Shown here: piece by piece, positions 10,528-23,469 of the stretch
How positions within the stretch are numbered: position 1 is the stretch's first letter
Layout: each line of letters starts with the position of its first letter
Assembly: GCF_001194135.2 (NCBI RefSeq)
Contig: NC_068986.1
Location: 74,196,776 to 74,260,775 of the forward strand
From: Octopus bimaculoides
Taxonomy: Eukaryota
Length of the DNA stretch: 64,000 nucleotides
Reading direction: 5' to 3'
Program-made: the position numbers and the translations under genes
Notes under the pieces: generated by a model
What the model was told of the DNA's origin: nothing
Seen by the model: only the letters and a program-made list of their open reading frames with translations
Database searches by the model: none

Positions 10528-11689
10528 TTTTTTTTTGTTTTTTTTTGTTTTTTTTGCAGAACTGTATTATTATGAAACAAGATGTTGTTGAAAATCATGT
10601 ACGTAATGATAGTAGTGCACTCACCAAGAAGCAGGAAATGCTAATAAATGAGGTTGCTGAAGAGATGAATGCATGGCCGAGAGAGGTACTAATGCTAGCA
10701 GACCCAACAGAGGGAGCTATTATTGAAATTGACAGCTACGTAGTTGAATGAGCATTAGCACTTTAGTATTTGAAACGGCCATATCCAGCCCAGATATTCC
10801 CCTTGTTTTATGTTCAAGCCAGCTAGATCTGGTTTCTCACACTTACCCTACAATGTCATTCTAAAAGTAAACGATCACATCTTTAAAATCTCAAAGGTAT
10901 GAGATAATGCATGATAAATTCAAAGCAATGTGAATAAATAATCATTACATTTCACAGAATAATTTAAACACTAAAGGGTTAAGGATGTGAAAGCAAATTA
11001 ATCAGTTGTTTGAAATCAGATGATGAAAATATCCAGTAAAATAAGACAGACAATGGTTAGTAGCATACTCAAACAGTATAACGAAGTATAATTTCTAGTG
11101 ACTGACATAGCAGTGTCACCATGAATTACCACAAGAAAAGAAAAGATACACTAGAAAGAAATAACTCTAGAGATATCAAACTGATATGGAAACATTTTAC
11201 AAAATTCTGTAGCACAACTAATTAGGAAAAGAATTAGTTTAGATGTAACAAAGTAAACATTTATCCTAAGATTGGATACCTTTGATGCTCTCTTTCTAGT
11301 ATGTTAATTACAGAAAAAAGTTCTTAATAAAGAGCCATGCACTATACCTAGCATTTGTTGTCCTGGAAAAGCCTTTAGCAGGGCACCATGCTGTGTAATC
11401 TACCGGTCACTAAAACACCTAGGTGTAGAAAGAAAACGTTTTATGACAACTGTGCAAGCTGTGTACTGAGATTGTGCTAGCAAAGTATGGAGTTGACAAT
11501 GTGTTTAGCATATAGGGAGATTTTCATCAGGGTTCAATTCTCTGTTGATCATTAGTCCTTCAGGCCAATAAAAGAGTTCAAAAGCTGCTGTTGATGGGAA
11601 CTCACATAGTTGAGCTGAGTCAAATCAGCCTTGATCAAGTAGGCCTAGGATTAAATACATTCCAGCATGATCATCTCATTTTTTTTTTT

Positions 11690-12030
11690 AGTAGTCTCAG
11701 TGTATATGGCACTCTGTTGGTTACGACAACAAGGGTTTCAGTTGATCCAATCATTGGAACAGCCTACTCATAAAATCAACATGCATGTGGCTGAGCACTC
11801 CATGGACATGTGTACCCTTAATGTAGTTCTCTGGGAGATTCAACATGACAGAGTATGACAAGGCTGGCCCTTTGAAATACAGGTACAACTCATTTTGCCA
11901 GCTGACTGGACTGGAGCAACGTGAAATGAAGTGTCTTGCTCAAGGACACAACATGTTGCCAGGAATCGAACTCATGACCTTGGAATTGTGATCTGAATGC
12001 CATAACCACTAAGCCATGTGCCTTCACTAC
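11690..12030 (-). mobile_element. tRNA-derived SINE related to 52412-52800 and 62268-63372
   Basis: Shares the ggccagccttgtca / gtggagtgctcagcc segments. Confidence 0.7.
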
Positions 12031-12863
12031 AGTGTCTATATAACAACATTATATAATGTATCCTTACCTTCTTTTAAAAAAGGTAGAATGTGATACAAGG
12101 AAAATTTGGCTGTTGTTTCTAGCAGGTCAAGCAATTAGGTTTCCTTTAGTAGAAGTAGCAGCAGTTGTGGTGGTAGTGGGGTGGGGATGTTGTTTTGGTA
12201 AAGTGATGATTTTGGAAGTGATGAAAACAATTTTATCCAATTCAATGGGAATAGTTTCTATGCCTCTGACTTCTCTAAAAATGAAAAGGTAAAAGAAAAG
12301 ACCCCAAAAAATCCAACCTGTTAAAAATCACGTCTTCAATTCCTCAGTGTAAATATCCTTTTTTCTTCCTTATAACAACCATTGACCATCATCCACATTT
12401 ATTTCATCTTCTAAATCACTTCTTCCTTTCTTTCAAATGTTGTTGGGCTTTCAGCCTCATCAGTCTTGCTTATCTACATCTTTCTTTTCCTTCTTTCTCT
12501 CTCTCATTGCATCTCACTTTCACTTTCCTTAATGTCTCTCTCTCTCTCTTTCTCTGTGTATTCCCTTCATTATTTACATTCAGTTCGTTATCGTCTCATT
12601 GTATACACAAAAGCTCGTTTATTCACACCATTTCACTTCATTATCACAAAGTGCTAACTAGGCTCTTCATTATAGCATGTACTTCACCTTAATGAAATTC
12701 TAATTATCCACATTATCTGTTTTCTAATTCTGGAAGAGAAACAACAACAACAAACACGACAACTTTCATTCAAATTATTAACGAATACTTCTCTCTTTGA
12801 TTTTTTTGATTTTGTTTCAATATACTCTATAACCACAAATACACTTGTATATGTGTGTGTGTG

Positions 12864-12909
<46 letters not shown>

Positions 12910-12916
12910 CGTGCAT

Positions 12917-12952
<36 letters not shown>

Positions 12953-12989
12953 TAATATAAGCAGCATGTGTGTGTGTATGTATCTTTTA

Positions 12990-13185
12990 TCTTTTACTTG
13001 CTTCAGTCATTGGAATGTGGCCATACTGGGGCAACACTTTCAAAGGTTAGTCAAACAAATCAACCCCAGTACTTATTTTTTAAAGCTTGGTACTTATTCT
13101 ATCAGTTTCCTTCACTGAACCTCTAAGTCACAGGAACGTAAACAAATCAACACCAAATGTCAAGGTGGTTTTGCANNNNNNNNNN

Positions 13186-13242
<57 letters not shown>

Positions 13243-13410
13243 GTATGTATACATATGCATGCACACAGGCTTCCTTCAGTTTTCATCTACCATGTCCCCA
13301 CACAAAGCTTTGGTTGACCTGGGGCTTTGGTAGCAAACACTTGATCAATGTGCTACACATGAATCTGAATCTGGAACAGTGCTATTTGGAAGCAAACTGC
13401 TCAACCATAA
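12990..13410 (-). mobile_element. SINE family A copy (contains short gap)
   Basis: Tail and head motifs as 10089-10527. Confidence 0.75.
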
Positions 13411-13496
13411 AACTGTGCATGCACTGAAATATATATATATATGTTTCCTGGAAAAAAGTACATGGGTCACTACATGGCTAAAAAATACCATATATC

Positions 13497-13885
13497 ATCG
13501 TTATCATCATCATTTAGCATCTGTTGTCCATGCTGGCATGAGTTGAATGGTTTGACCAGGGCTGGTAAGCTGAGGGGCTGCACCAGACCCTATTCTGATT
13601 TGGTATGGTTTCTATAGTTAGATGTCCTTCCTAATGCCAACCACTCTGAAAATGTAATGGGTACTTTTATATGCCACTGGCATGGGTACCAGTTACATGA
13701 CACCAGTATCTGCCACCACTACAATTTCACTTCACTTGATGGGTCTTCTTCTCAAGCACAGCATGTTGCCAAAGGTCTTGGTCATTTGTCATTGTCTCTA
13801 TGAGACCCAGTGCTTCAAAGATGCTTTCTACATGCCACCAGCACAAGTGCTAGTTATGCAACACTGATATCAGCCACATTACCTC
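13497..13885 (-). mobile_element. SINE-like family B copy (tail ...catgctagcatggaaagcggacgttaaacgatgatg)
   Basis: Degenerate reverse complement of 60612-61002. Confidence 0.7.
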
Positions 13886-14119
13886 TGTGAGGCAATACAC
13901 ATACACACACACACTTTCTGTCTGAAGATACACTTCAACATGTTGAACTGTTAATCCCAATATATCTTTTTCTCACCCTGTTATCTTTCTCTCAATCCTT
14001 TCTGTCAAAGAGCGTAGGCTTCAAAAATCAAAGACTTTTCCATTCTTCTCGAGTGCCAAACTAATACACCTGCTTGTTGTTCCCTCACTTGTTGTCATCT
14101 TTTGTTTACTGTAAATTCG

Positions 14120-14171
<52 letters not shown>

Positions 14172-14285
14172 AGAGTGTTAGGTGTATTATTATATCATCA
14201 TCATTGTAACATCCACTTCAGGGAAGAGGAAAAGGGGGAAGAAATGAATAGTTTGGAGAAATGGGTAGCTACATGGCCCAAAAAT

Positions 14286-14331
<46 letters not shown>

Positions 14332-14884
14332 ATACAAATAATAAATGAGTATATGCATATATACGTACATGTATGTACATACCTACATCTACATGTATAT
14401 ATAGATGCATATCTGGGTACAGGACATTGCAAAAAAACGTGGACAAAATGATAAACAGAGTACAGAAAACACACAGGGCACATAGAGAACATTTAAATTT
14501 ATATTGTATAAATGAGACTAGACTGCAATATCAAAGACTGGTTATTGCCAATTCAAATATGCTTGAGATAGACTTATTTCTGAGCTCACATCACATTCTG
14601 TCTGGTTTCTGTGACTGTAGAGGAGATAACCAATCCAAAATGCTTGCATCTAACAGTCTGGGTAGGTAACACTGTGAACTGATTTTGGTGTATTTGCACT
14701 ATTTGTTTATAGTGAGAAATTTTCTCCATAACAAAACACAGTGAATGACTTTCCTACGAGTTCAAATATGCCTGTCATATATGAATTGGAAATAACCTTT
14801 TATTTATACACATTACTACTTAGCCCTGCCACTCCATAACTTCTTTCTTATGGTTATTATATAGATTTATATTATGGATCTTTT

Positions 14885-15279
14885 ATTGTTTATTTCTTTC
14901 AGCTATTAATCTGTGGCCATGCTGGGGTTCTGCCTTGAATTTTTAGTCAAATGAATCGAACCCAGTACTTCTTTTTCTAAGTCCCCTACTTATTCTATTG
15001 GTTACTTTTGCTAAACTGCTAAGTTATAGGGATGCAAACTCACCAACGCTGGTTGTCAAGTGGTGGTGTTGGTGTGTGATGAGGCAACACAGACAGAAAG
15101 ACACACACATGTAGATATACATACATAAATGTAGGTTAATTTGAATGGCTTAACAGATCCGACTTAACTGGACTTTTCTTAGACTGTTCTTTTCTTCTGA
15201 AAATTGGCCTTTGTACCTGAAATATAACGGTTTTATTAAACTTACTGCATTCTCAGAAGCTGTATATTTTCTCTCTTTT

Positions 15280-15315
<36 letters not shown>

Positions 15316-15670
15316 CGGGCTTCTTTAAGTTTCTGTCTTCCAAATTCATTCACATGACTTTAGTCAGCCTGAGGCTATAGTAGAAGACATTTGTCCAAGA
15401 TTCCATGTAGTAGGACTGAACCTGGAACCATGTGGTTGGAAAGCAAGCATCTTACCACACAGCCACACCTTTGCCTGTATACATATATATACATATATAA
15501 ATACACACACACGCACACACACACACTCACACATAAATGATGAGCTTCTTTCAGTTTCCGTCTTCCAAATCCACTCACAAGACTTTGGTTAGCCTGAGGC
15601 TATAGTAGAAGACATTTGCTCAAGGTGTCATGCAGTGGGACTGAACTCAGAGCCATGTGGTTGCAAAGCA
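14885..15670 (-). mobile_element. SINE family A copy with a tandem second head
   Basis: Head block occurs at ~15312-15470 and ~15538-15670. Confidence 0.75.
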
Positions 15671-15676
15671 AACTTT

Positions 15677-15908
15677 TTATTTCTTTATTGCCCACAAGGG
15701 GCTTAACATAGAGAGGACAAACAAGGACAGACAAAGTGATTAAGTCGATTACATCGACCCCAGTGCATAACTGGTACTTAATTCATCGACTCCGATAGAA
15801 CGAAAGGCAAAGTCAACCTTGGCGGAATTTGAACTCAGAATGTAACAGCAGACGAAATACCGCTAAGCATTTCGCCCGGGGTGCTAATGTTTCTGCCAGC
15901 CTGCCGTC
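15677..15908 (-). mobile_element. SINE family C (tRNA-like head; core gtcgactttgcctttcatcc...aagtaccag)
   Basis: Well-preserved copy; related copies at ~19738-19905, 27750-27955, 31380-31530, 31590-31730, 31780-31977, 33845-34030, 53920-54135, 54350-54545, 59095-59290. Confidence 0.85.
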
Positions 15909-15981
15909 TTAGCAAACTTCTTATCACATTGCCATGCCTGTGCCTTGATGACGAAAATTAATTTTTTCTTTTCTTTTGCAG

Positions 15982-16389
15982 CTTCTTGAACAGGGTGATA
16001 ATTCATCAGTAAAAAACGACGAAGAAGAAAAAGGAGAAGAGGAAGACAGCAATTCATCAAAGTCATCATATGCAGTTACACCACTAACCCCAAAGTCTCA
16101 GACAGTATCTTTTGTTCCTTTTGCACCGCCAAGTTCTCCTAATGGTGTTTTTGTGCCACCCCAAAATTTGCAATATGTCTCTGCATTGGCCACACTGCCC
16201 AGAACTAAGTGCCAGCCAGCATCAATGAAATTCAATGAAGAAATATATTCTCAGGTGCCAAAACGAGAAATAAGGATTTCGACGTCAGATATCCAGAAGA
16301 ATGCTCTTTATGATGAGTGGCCAACATCACCCTTTGATCGAGAACTTCCTCCAAGGCTCTTATTAGCTGACCCACCTGACTCAAACGAG
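15982..16389 (+). CDS. PLEKHH: PLEKHH-family exon (LLEQGDNS...PPDSNE), 408 nt, phase 0/0
   Basis: ttttcttttgcag acceptor, open acidic/Pro/Ser-rich frame, GAG|GTGAG donor. Confidence 0.82.
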
Positions 16390-16398
16390 GTGAGATTC

Positions 16399-16424
<26 letters not shown>

Positions 16425-16429
<5 letters not shown>

Positions 16430-16592
16430 TAGTTTTATTTTTATAGCGTGCTTTCACTTCACTACCGAGTGCAGCTCTGTGTACCTTGGGTATGTGCTGT
16501 GGTTTGTTGCAATGCTCTTATGGTTACTGTATTGAAAGTGTTTTGCGTAGGATGTGTGCAGTGCCCATTAGTGCAATTTTCTGTATGTTATA
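16425..16592 (-). mobile_element. 3' end of R4/Dong-like non-LTR retrotransposon (family 1)
   Basis: Near-identical reverse complement of 32350-32518; ends in (TAA)n. Confidence 0.88.
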
Positions 16593-16619
16593 TATTCTGT
16601 ATCATTTCTTCTTCTTCTT

Positions 16620-16973
16620 CTTCTTCTTTTTCTTATTATTATTATTATTAATGCTGTTGTTGTTTTACTTCTCAGGATGTTTGGTCTTGTTTGTTCTGGT
16701 AGATTCTGTGAGAGCTGACAACAGCCTGCTGTCAGAGGTTTCACAGAGTCTCTTTCTGCACATTATAAGTTTTGATACTTGGTTGTTAATTATCATGGGA
16801 GACATTCAGCGTCCAAGTACCAAGCTCAAAATCCAGACTGTCCCCAGCAGAGCAGTCTTTTGGGCTTGCTCTGCTCTCATGTCAATTCCGATTTCTCAGA
16901 CATATTTCTTGAGCTTGGTTGCTAAGTGTTCTGAGGGTCTCTGCAAGTACTGGGATGACAAGCACTTATCATC

Positions 16974-16975
<2 letters not shown>
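16620..16975 (-). mobile_element. 3' end of a second R4/Dong-like element
   Basis: Minus-strand peptide EIGIDMRAEQAQKTALLGTVWIL, the C-terminal motif of restriction-like-endonuclease LINEs, then 3' UTR and (TAA)n. Confidence 0.75.
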
Positions 16976-17038
<63 letters not shown>

Positions 17039-17040
<2 letters not shown>

Positions 17041-17590
17041 AGTGGGAGAGCAGTGCATGCTGTCGAAGAGATACTGGGGTAAAATATACAAAGCCCAGCA
17101 TACCCATCATGACTATCTGTCTAATAAGGGTACACCATCTGTGCTCAACATGGTGAACTCATATCAAGATAAGCAACACATGGCCTTGTAGGTAAGGCCC
17201 TGTTAGAATTTTCTTCAGGTTGAGTAGCCCATTCTTCTCAAAAGATCCTTGAATATGGGCTGCTTAAGAATGTTAAACAAATCAACCATGTTTCCAGTGG
17301 TGAATTATTCAAACTCCAAAGAATTCCTGTCAGCACATGGCTATGATGCTCTCCCACTACTGCTGCTCATGATCAGAGAAGCACATATTGTAAGCCACCA
17401 ATGAACATGCTAAACTGGTTAAGGTCAAACAACTGACAAGCAGTAAATCTGTGGTACTGAGCAGAATGTTTGCTGTAGCCCATCGTTTTTTTAAAATTTT
17501 TATACCAAGACCAAACATGTACATGATAACACTTCCAATCAGTTAAGATCAGAAGCCATGGAAGCCAGTGGCAGGTACTGCATCAGGCCA
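17039..17590 (-). mobile_element. Full copy of the ~540-nt (ATT)n-associated element
   Basis: Colinear with 8103-8646; (ATT)n on both sides. Confidence 0.85.
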
Positions 17591-17631
17591 ATATCATAAT
17601 TATTATTATTATTACTGATGTTTTTCAATCA

Positions 17632-19062
17632 CAACACTGTCCTACCCAGTGTCAACCACTCTAGTGTTACTTGGTCAGCATTTAACAAGGTGTTGAGTTG
17701 CGCAGCTATTTGTCCATGACATTCACCAAATCTTTTGATTCAGTAGCCTTGAACTCCATCTGGTCCCAGAGTCTTCCAGTTGCTCATTTTTTATGCTGAT
17801 TCCCTTCACTTCCCTAACTGAAATTATTAGTTCTGCCTGTTTTGGGCAGACTGCTGTTTGATTCAGTTCTTGCAACCATTTAGCATCCTTCTTGCGCTCC
17901 TTGTCTTTGCTCCAGATATCACTTCAAAACCTTTGACTTTCATTGTTATCTGGTATCAACTTTTCATCTGTACACTCTCCATTTATTTCTTTATAGAATC
18001 TCTTCTTATCTACTCTGAATAACCTATTCTGGTGGTAACCCTTCATTCTTTGGTCATATCTTACCATCTTTGCTTTCTTTGCAATGAGACGCTATTTCAT
18101 TTCCTCCATTACCACTTTCAGGTCCTTTCTTTCACTATTATACTTCCTTTTCAGCGCCCTGTATTTTTGTTCGCTTTTAAGTTCCCCTTTCTCTTTTCGG
18201 TCTGACACAGAAATGTCCTTCGAGAGCATATCAAAACTCCACATGTATTCTTCTTTTCCAACATGGATCTTTTCTTTTGTTACTCCCATTATATTTCCTT
18301 TTCTTGACATCAACTCCCACGTTTTCTGCTACAACAATACTTGCTGCCTTGATCAAATTATTTGTTTCTGTGATGTTGTTTGTTCTGATGTATTTCAGAA
18401 TTTCATTGACATTTTTCGTTTCTTGGCTCAATTTCCACCAATCAACCTTTTTAAGATTGCAAATAATGTTGCTATCATTCTCCTGTAGGCTTGCCCTTAT
18501 TCTGTAGTAGATTGCCTTTTGCTCATCTGTCATGTCACCATTAGTTTTATTGTCTTCTTTTAGATCATCTATATGTCTCTCATCAAGTAAACTACCACTC
18601 CTCCTTTCCTGTGCTATGAGATTACTTCTATTTGTAAGAACTGCATTTTCATCCTTATCTCTGCTATTTTCCAAGACCAGTCTTTTGATAGCTTCGAACT
18701 CTACTTCAGTGAACCAACGATGCTTTCTTATTGCTCTAGCTTGATTACATAGCCTGTGTTCCGCGAGTTGAAACAATCCCTTTTCCCTCTAATGATCATA
18801 TATACATTGTCGGTAATCCCTAATTTGAGCACTATTTTCATTTACCAGGTTGCTCTAGTAGTAACACTCCATGACCACAGCATTAATTTGCTTGCTCCAT
18901 CTATGCCATGTGTGGTGGTCCCTTTCTGGATATTAACAGGCTGGAGCTGGACCAAAATTTCTCAGCCTGCCAGATGCAACACTGTCACCATCAATGGCTT
19001 CAGTTTCATTACCCCTGTTTTTCACAATATTTTGTTTCTTCATTGTCCCTCATATGAGGTAG
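17632..19062 (-). mobile_element. 5' portion of an R4/Dong-like non-LTR retrotransposon ORF, decayed
   Basis: LCNQARAIRKHRWFTEVE, ITETNNLIKAAS, PCWKRRI, QNRLFRVDKKRFY, NWKTLGPDGVQG motifs in broken frames. Confidence 0.82.
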
Positions 19063-19067
19063 CAATT

Positions 19068-19208
<141 letters not shown>

Positions 19209-19342
19209 GAGTGAAAGAGCCGTGCATGCCATCAAAGTGACACTGGGTTACAAATATATGAAGCCCAATATATCCATCATGTCGACCTGTCTAATAACGG
19301 TATACCAGCTACATGGCACTCTTCTTTTAATTTTGACTCTAT

Positions 19343-19688
19343 TAAGTTACTTTCGAGTTGGCCTTGGTGATGGATTATGTCAGCGATGTTTACCTTAGTG
19401 ATGGATTGTCAATCGTATACAAAAGTAAAGAACTTTTCTCTCTATTATACTTCTGCTGAGTTACTTCAGTCCTTTATATAAACTAAAAAAATGAATTAGA
19501 CTGACATTTATTTTGAACCTATGGAAGGCACACGAAATGCCGAAATATTGTTCAAAGCACCAATAAATAAGTTACTTTCGAGTTGCACTTTTTGTCATTA
19601 AGATGGCCTTGGTGATGGATTACGTCAGCTATGTTTACCTTAGTGATGGATTGTGTCAATCGTATACAAAATATAGAACTTTTCTCTC

Positions 19689-19691
<3 letters not shown>
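19343..19691 (+). repeat. ~100-120-nt direct repeat pair (19343-19445, 19568-19691) flanking a degenerate hammerhead-like motif (19512-19556)
   Basis: Direct alignment; second copy has a ~20-nt extra segment. Confidence 0.8.
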
Positions 19692-19737
<46 letters not shown>

Positions 19738-19929
19738 GTCAGTGAGCTGGCAGAATCATTAACACACTGGGCAAAATGCTTAGGTTCACTTTGCCTTTCA
19801 TCCTTTTGGGGGTCAATAAAATAAGTACCAGTTGAGCACTGGTGTTGGTCTAATTGACTTAGCACCTCACTCGAAATTGCTGTCCTTGTGCCAAAATTTG
19901 AAACTATCATTATTATTGTTATTATTATT

Positions 19930-20572
19930 TCATTTACTTTTAATCTGCATGTTTGTTACAATCACTTGCCAAGACACCCCCAACGTCCTAGGGTGAGTGA
20001 AGGATAAGAGATGCTACATTATGACTGAAAGCTTGGGGAGGGGAAGTGGCAGGGACAGTAGTGAAATATCTTCATGTAATGCAACACAGACATTTAAATG
20101 GATAGGGTTTTTCTAAAGATGTGGGCAGTACTTGTCAGCACAAGTTTTTGGATTTCTTTGAGACATGGTTCTCCTGGGATCTTATCTAAATGTTTCTGAC
20201 ATCCTTTTTTTTTTATTATTATACCAAGGCACCTACAATAATAGGAACAGTTCTCGCTTTAAGATGCCACATCTTTTGTATTTTAATTTCCAGGCCCTTA
20301 TATTTACTTACTTGTAAATTCCTTTACAAATATATTTTTATCAGAAGGAACACTTACATCTATTAGTCTATAAGTATTTTCTTCCTTGTCTTTAATAATC
20401 ATACCTGGTTGATTAGTCTGGATTGTTCTGTCAGTATTGACTGGAAAATCCCTGAGAATAGTGACATTTTTACTTTCAACAACTGGCTCAGGATGATGTT
20501 CACACAAGTAAGCAAGAATGCTGATTTTGTAGAGTTTACATATTTTCCAATGTAAATACTGTCCTACTCTAT
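19930..20572 (-). mobile_element. 5'-truncated R4/Dong-like element (family 3), endonuclease region
   Basis: EHHPEPVVESKNVTIL(W)DFPVNTDRTI...LIDVSVPSDKN (PD..D-type endonuclease); (ATT)n on both sides. Confidence 0.8.
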
Positions 20573-21499
20573 TATTATTATTAATATTATCATTATTGTT
20601 GTTGTTGTTGCTGTTGTTATTATTATTAGTTAAGGTGTCTTCCCTTTGTAATAGTCATGTGTTTAAAAAGTTTGCCTCGTGACTTAAATAGGGTAGACGA
20701 GATCTGAGTGGATGTCTTTTGTTTTTGTATTTAGTTTACAAGATTCTTGCTGTGAACTCATGTATTGAAGCAAATTTTGTATCTTGAGAGGGTCATTATG
20801 TCAACAATAAACACACACATTTGTTCAATTTCACTTCTTTATTTATTAGTCAGTTGATTAGTTATTTAACCAACTAACTGATAACTTACTTAATCAGTTC
20901 TTTGTCAATATTTGCAACCTCATCAATGACAGACTCTATCCTCTCAATTCCAGGTCCATTTCAAATCTCTTTCTTTTAAATGAACTTTGTACGTGTTCTT
21001 CACTTGATACCAACTAAGCTGAAACCGTTTCTGGCTCTGTAGTACAAATGTCTTGTTTTCATAAGTTTTGAATTAAAATCTCCCACTAAACCTTAGTCGC
21101 AATTTATGTTCTTAACACCAGCTTAATGATAACTAAGTTATTTTACTAAATTCTTTGTTATATTTAAAATTAAATGAAAGAAACACAGAGCATCTCAAAA
21201 GAAATATGGTAACAAAAGGATTAACCCAACCACCTATCCCTGAACTACCTTTAGCTAAATTCAATCTGTTGGAATCATTCAGATTTGGTTACTACTCTAA
21301 GGATACCTTCCAGTCTTTCTTCCTTACTGTCTTGAAGATCCAACAAAAACTCACCTGCTCTTGACTAAATCTTAAAAAAAGAAACTGAATTTGTTTTACT
21401 GAAATTACTCTTATAAAACTGCCGTAGTAAGTATGGTAATTATAGTTCACTGCTAAGTATAGTAACACTTTAGTAGTTATGATAACTACAATACCAATA

Positions 21500-21715
21500 A
21501 TAATTAAGGAAGCTATGTGTTTTGGTCAGTAAGTATGGTAGGTATGGGAACTGTGGTAACCATGATTGTTATAACAACTGCTATGTAACCTATAATAACT
21601 ATGGTAGCTTTGGTAACTATGGTAGCTACTGTAGCTATGGTAACTATGCTAGCCGTGGTAATTATGATAACAGCAGTAATTACTGCTGCTGCTGCTGCTA
21701 CTACTGCTGCTGCTG

Positions 21716-21747
<32 letters not shown>

Positions 21748-21748
21748 G
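21500..21748. repeat. Degenerate 9-nt minisatellite (GGTAACTAT-like) grading into (CTG)n/(CTA)n
   Basis: Direct reading. Confidence 0.75.
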
Positions 21749-22395
21749 TAAAATTATGTGACTAATGTTCCACACAACAAAGGTGACTTTATGATTTGAT
21801 GCAAATGGTTGGATCTGTCATCATTATTTCTCTTAATCATGTTGTTTAACCCCGGGTGGATCAATGACCAAAGGCTTTCCAGCCATGACAATTCTGTGTT
21901 TTATATATATCATGGACTACACTGTACAATGCAGCTTTCTTGAGGATGGTAGGGTGTGATTTGAAGGAAATTTTACTGTTATTTCTAGTTAATTGGGTGA
22001 CCACTTAGATACTCCCTTATTAACGCATCAACATATTTTTGCTGTTGCTTAGTATCTAACTTAGATAGATGTAAGCTAAACACAGCATTTATACAGGACT
22101 ATAACTGAGAGAGAGAGAGAGAGGTGGGGAAGTGGTTTAGGAGGAGTTTGTGTGTGGTGGGGGAGGGGAGTTTGATAATTATCATTAAAAGACATTTTTA
22201 TCTTTTATTTGTTCCAGTCATTAGACTGGTCTGTGGCCATGCTGGTGCACTGTATTAAAGGGTTGAACCAAACCTAGTGGTTTTTCTAAAACTTACTTAT
22301 TCTATTATTCCCTTATACCAAACTGTTTAAGTCCAAACTGTTAAGTTAGAGGGACATAAACAAACCAACACTGGTTGTCAGACAATGGTAGGGGA

Positions 22396-22624
22396 CACAC
22401 CCACTACATCACTCACACACACCCCACATCACTCACGTACACACCACATTACTCACAAACATCACATCACTCACACACACCACATCACATGCACACACAC
22501 CACATCACTCACACACAAACCACATTACTCACACATACACACACACACACACACTACACCACTCACACATACACACCACATTACTCACACATACACACAC
22601 TACATCACTCACACACATACCACA

Positions 22625-22656
<32 letters not shown>
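22396..22656. repeat. CA-derived ~18-20-nt minisatellite (CACACACCACAT[C/T]ACT)n
   Basis: Direct reading; replaces the internal microsatellite of a SINE A copy. Confidence 0.8.
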
Positions 22657-22658
<2 letters not shown>

Positions 22659-22899
22659 TATTGGACTCTTCCTTTATTCAATGATGGTTGAAGGTTTTGC
22701 ATTTTCGAGCTGTACAGCCACACAGATGATTTGTTCATAGCAATCAAATGCATGTGCTGTACACTATCTCACTTCCTCCATCAAGTGAGCATTGCCTGTA
22801 CAGGTACACAAGCGTTCCACATGTTTAGATGTCACAGTATTTACAGAGCAAGTAAAATGAAGTGTTATGCTCCAGAACTCAACGTACCACCCAGTCTGG

Positions 22900-23468
22900 G
22901 AATCAAAGCCTTGTGAGTGGATTTGGTAGACGGAAACTGAAAGAAGCCCGTCGTCCGAGACCTTTGGAAATGGGCTGTGCGTGAGAAGACCCGGCAAGCC
23001 AAGTAAGATCGTTGCCAGTGCCCCTGGACTGGTTCTTGTGCGGNNNNNNNNNNNNNNNNNNNNNNNNNNNNNNNNNNNNNNNNNNNNNNNNNNNNNNNNN
23101 NNNNNNNNNNNNNNNNNNNNNNNNNNNNNNNNNNNNNNNNNNNNNNNNNNNNNNNNNNNNNNNNNNNNNNNNNNNNNNNNNNNNNNNNNNNNNNNNNNNN
23201 NNNNNNNNNNNNNNNNNNNNNNNNNNNNNNNNNNNNNNNNNNNNNNNNNNNNNNNNNNNNNNNNNNNNNNNNNNNNNNNNNNNNNNNNNNNNNNNNNNNN
23301 NNNNNNNNNNNNNNNNNNNNNNNNNNNNNNNNNNNNNNNNNNNNNNNNNNNNNNCAAATCGGACTGGAGCCTGGTGTTGCCATCCGGTTTCACCAGTCCT
23401 CAGTCAAATCGTCCAACCCATGCTAGCATGGAAAGCGGACGTTAAACGATGATGATGATGATGATGAT
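22900..23468 (+). mobile_element. SINE family B copy fused to a family A fragment; central assembly gap
   Basis: Family A sequence to ~22953, then family B body and GAT tail. Confidence 0.75.
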
Positions 23469-23469
23469 A

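Noticed and set aside
13997-14035. CTTT-CTGTCAA-AGAGCGTAGGCTTC-AAAA-ATC-AAAG, loosely hammerhead-shaped
   Set aside because: Multiple core mismatches; cannot be supported without a family consensus.
16486-17082. 198-aa + strand ORF
   Set aside because: Antisense read-through of retroelement 3' ends and (CTT)/(ATT) repeats.
22375-22740. His/Thr-rich ORFs of 99-121 aa
   Set aside because: Translation of a CA-derived minisatellite; no splice or homology support.
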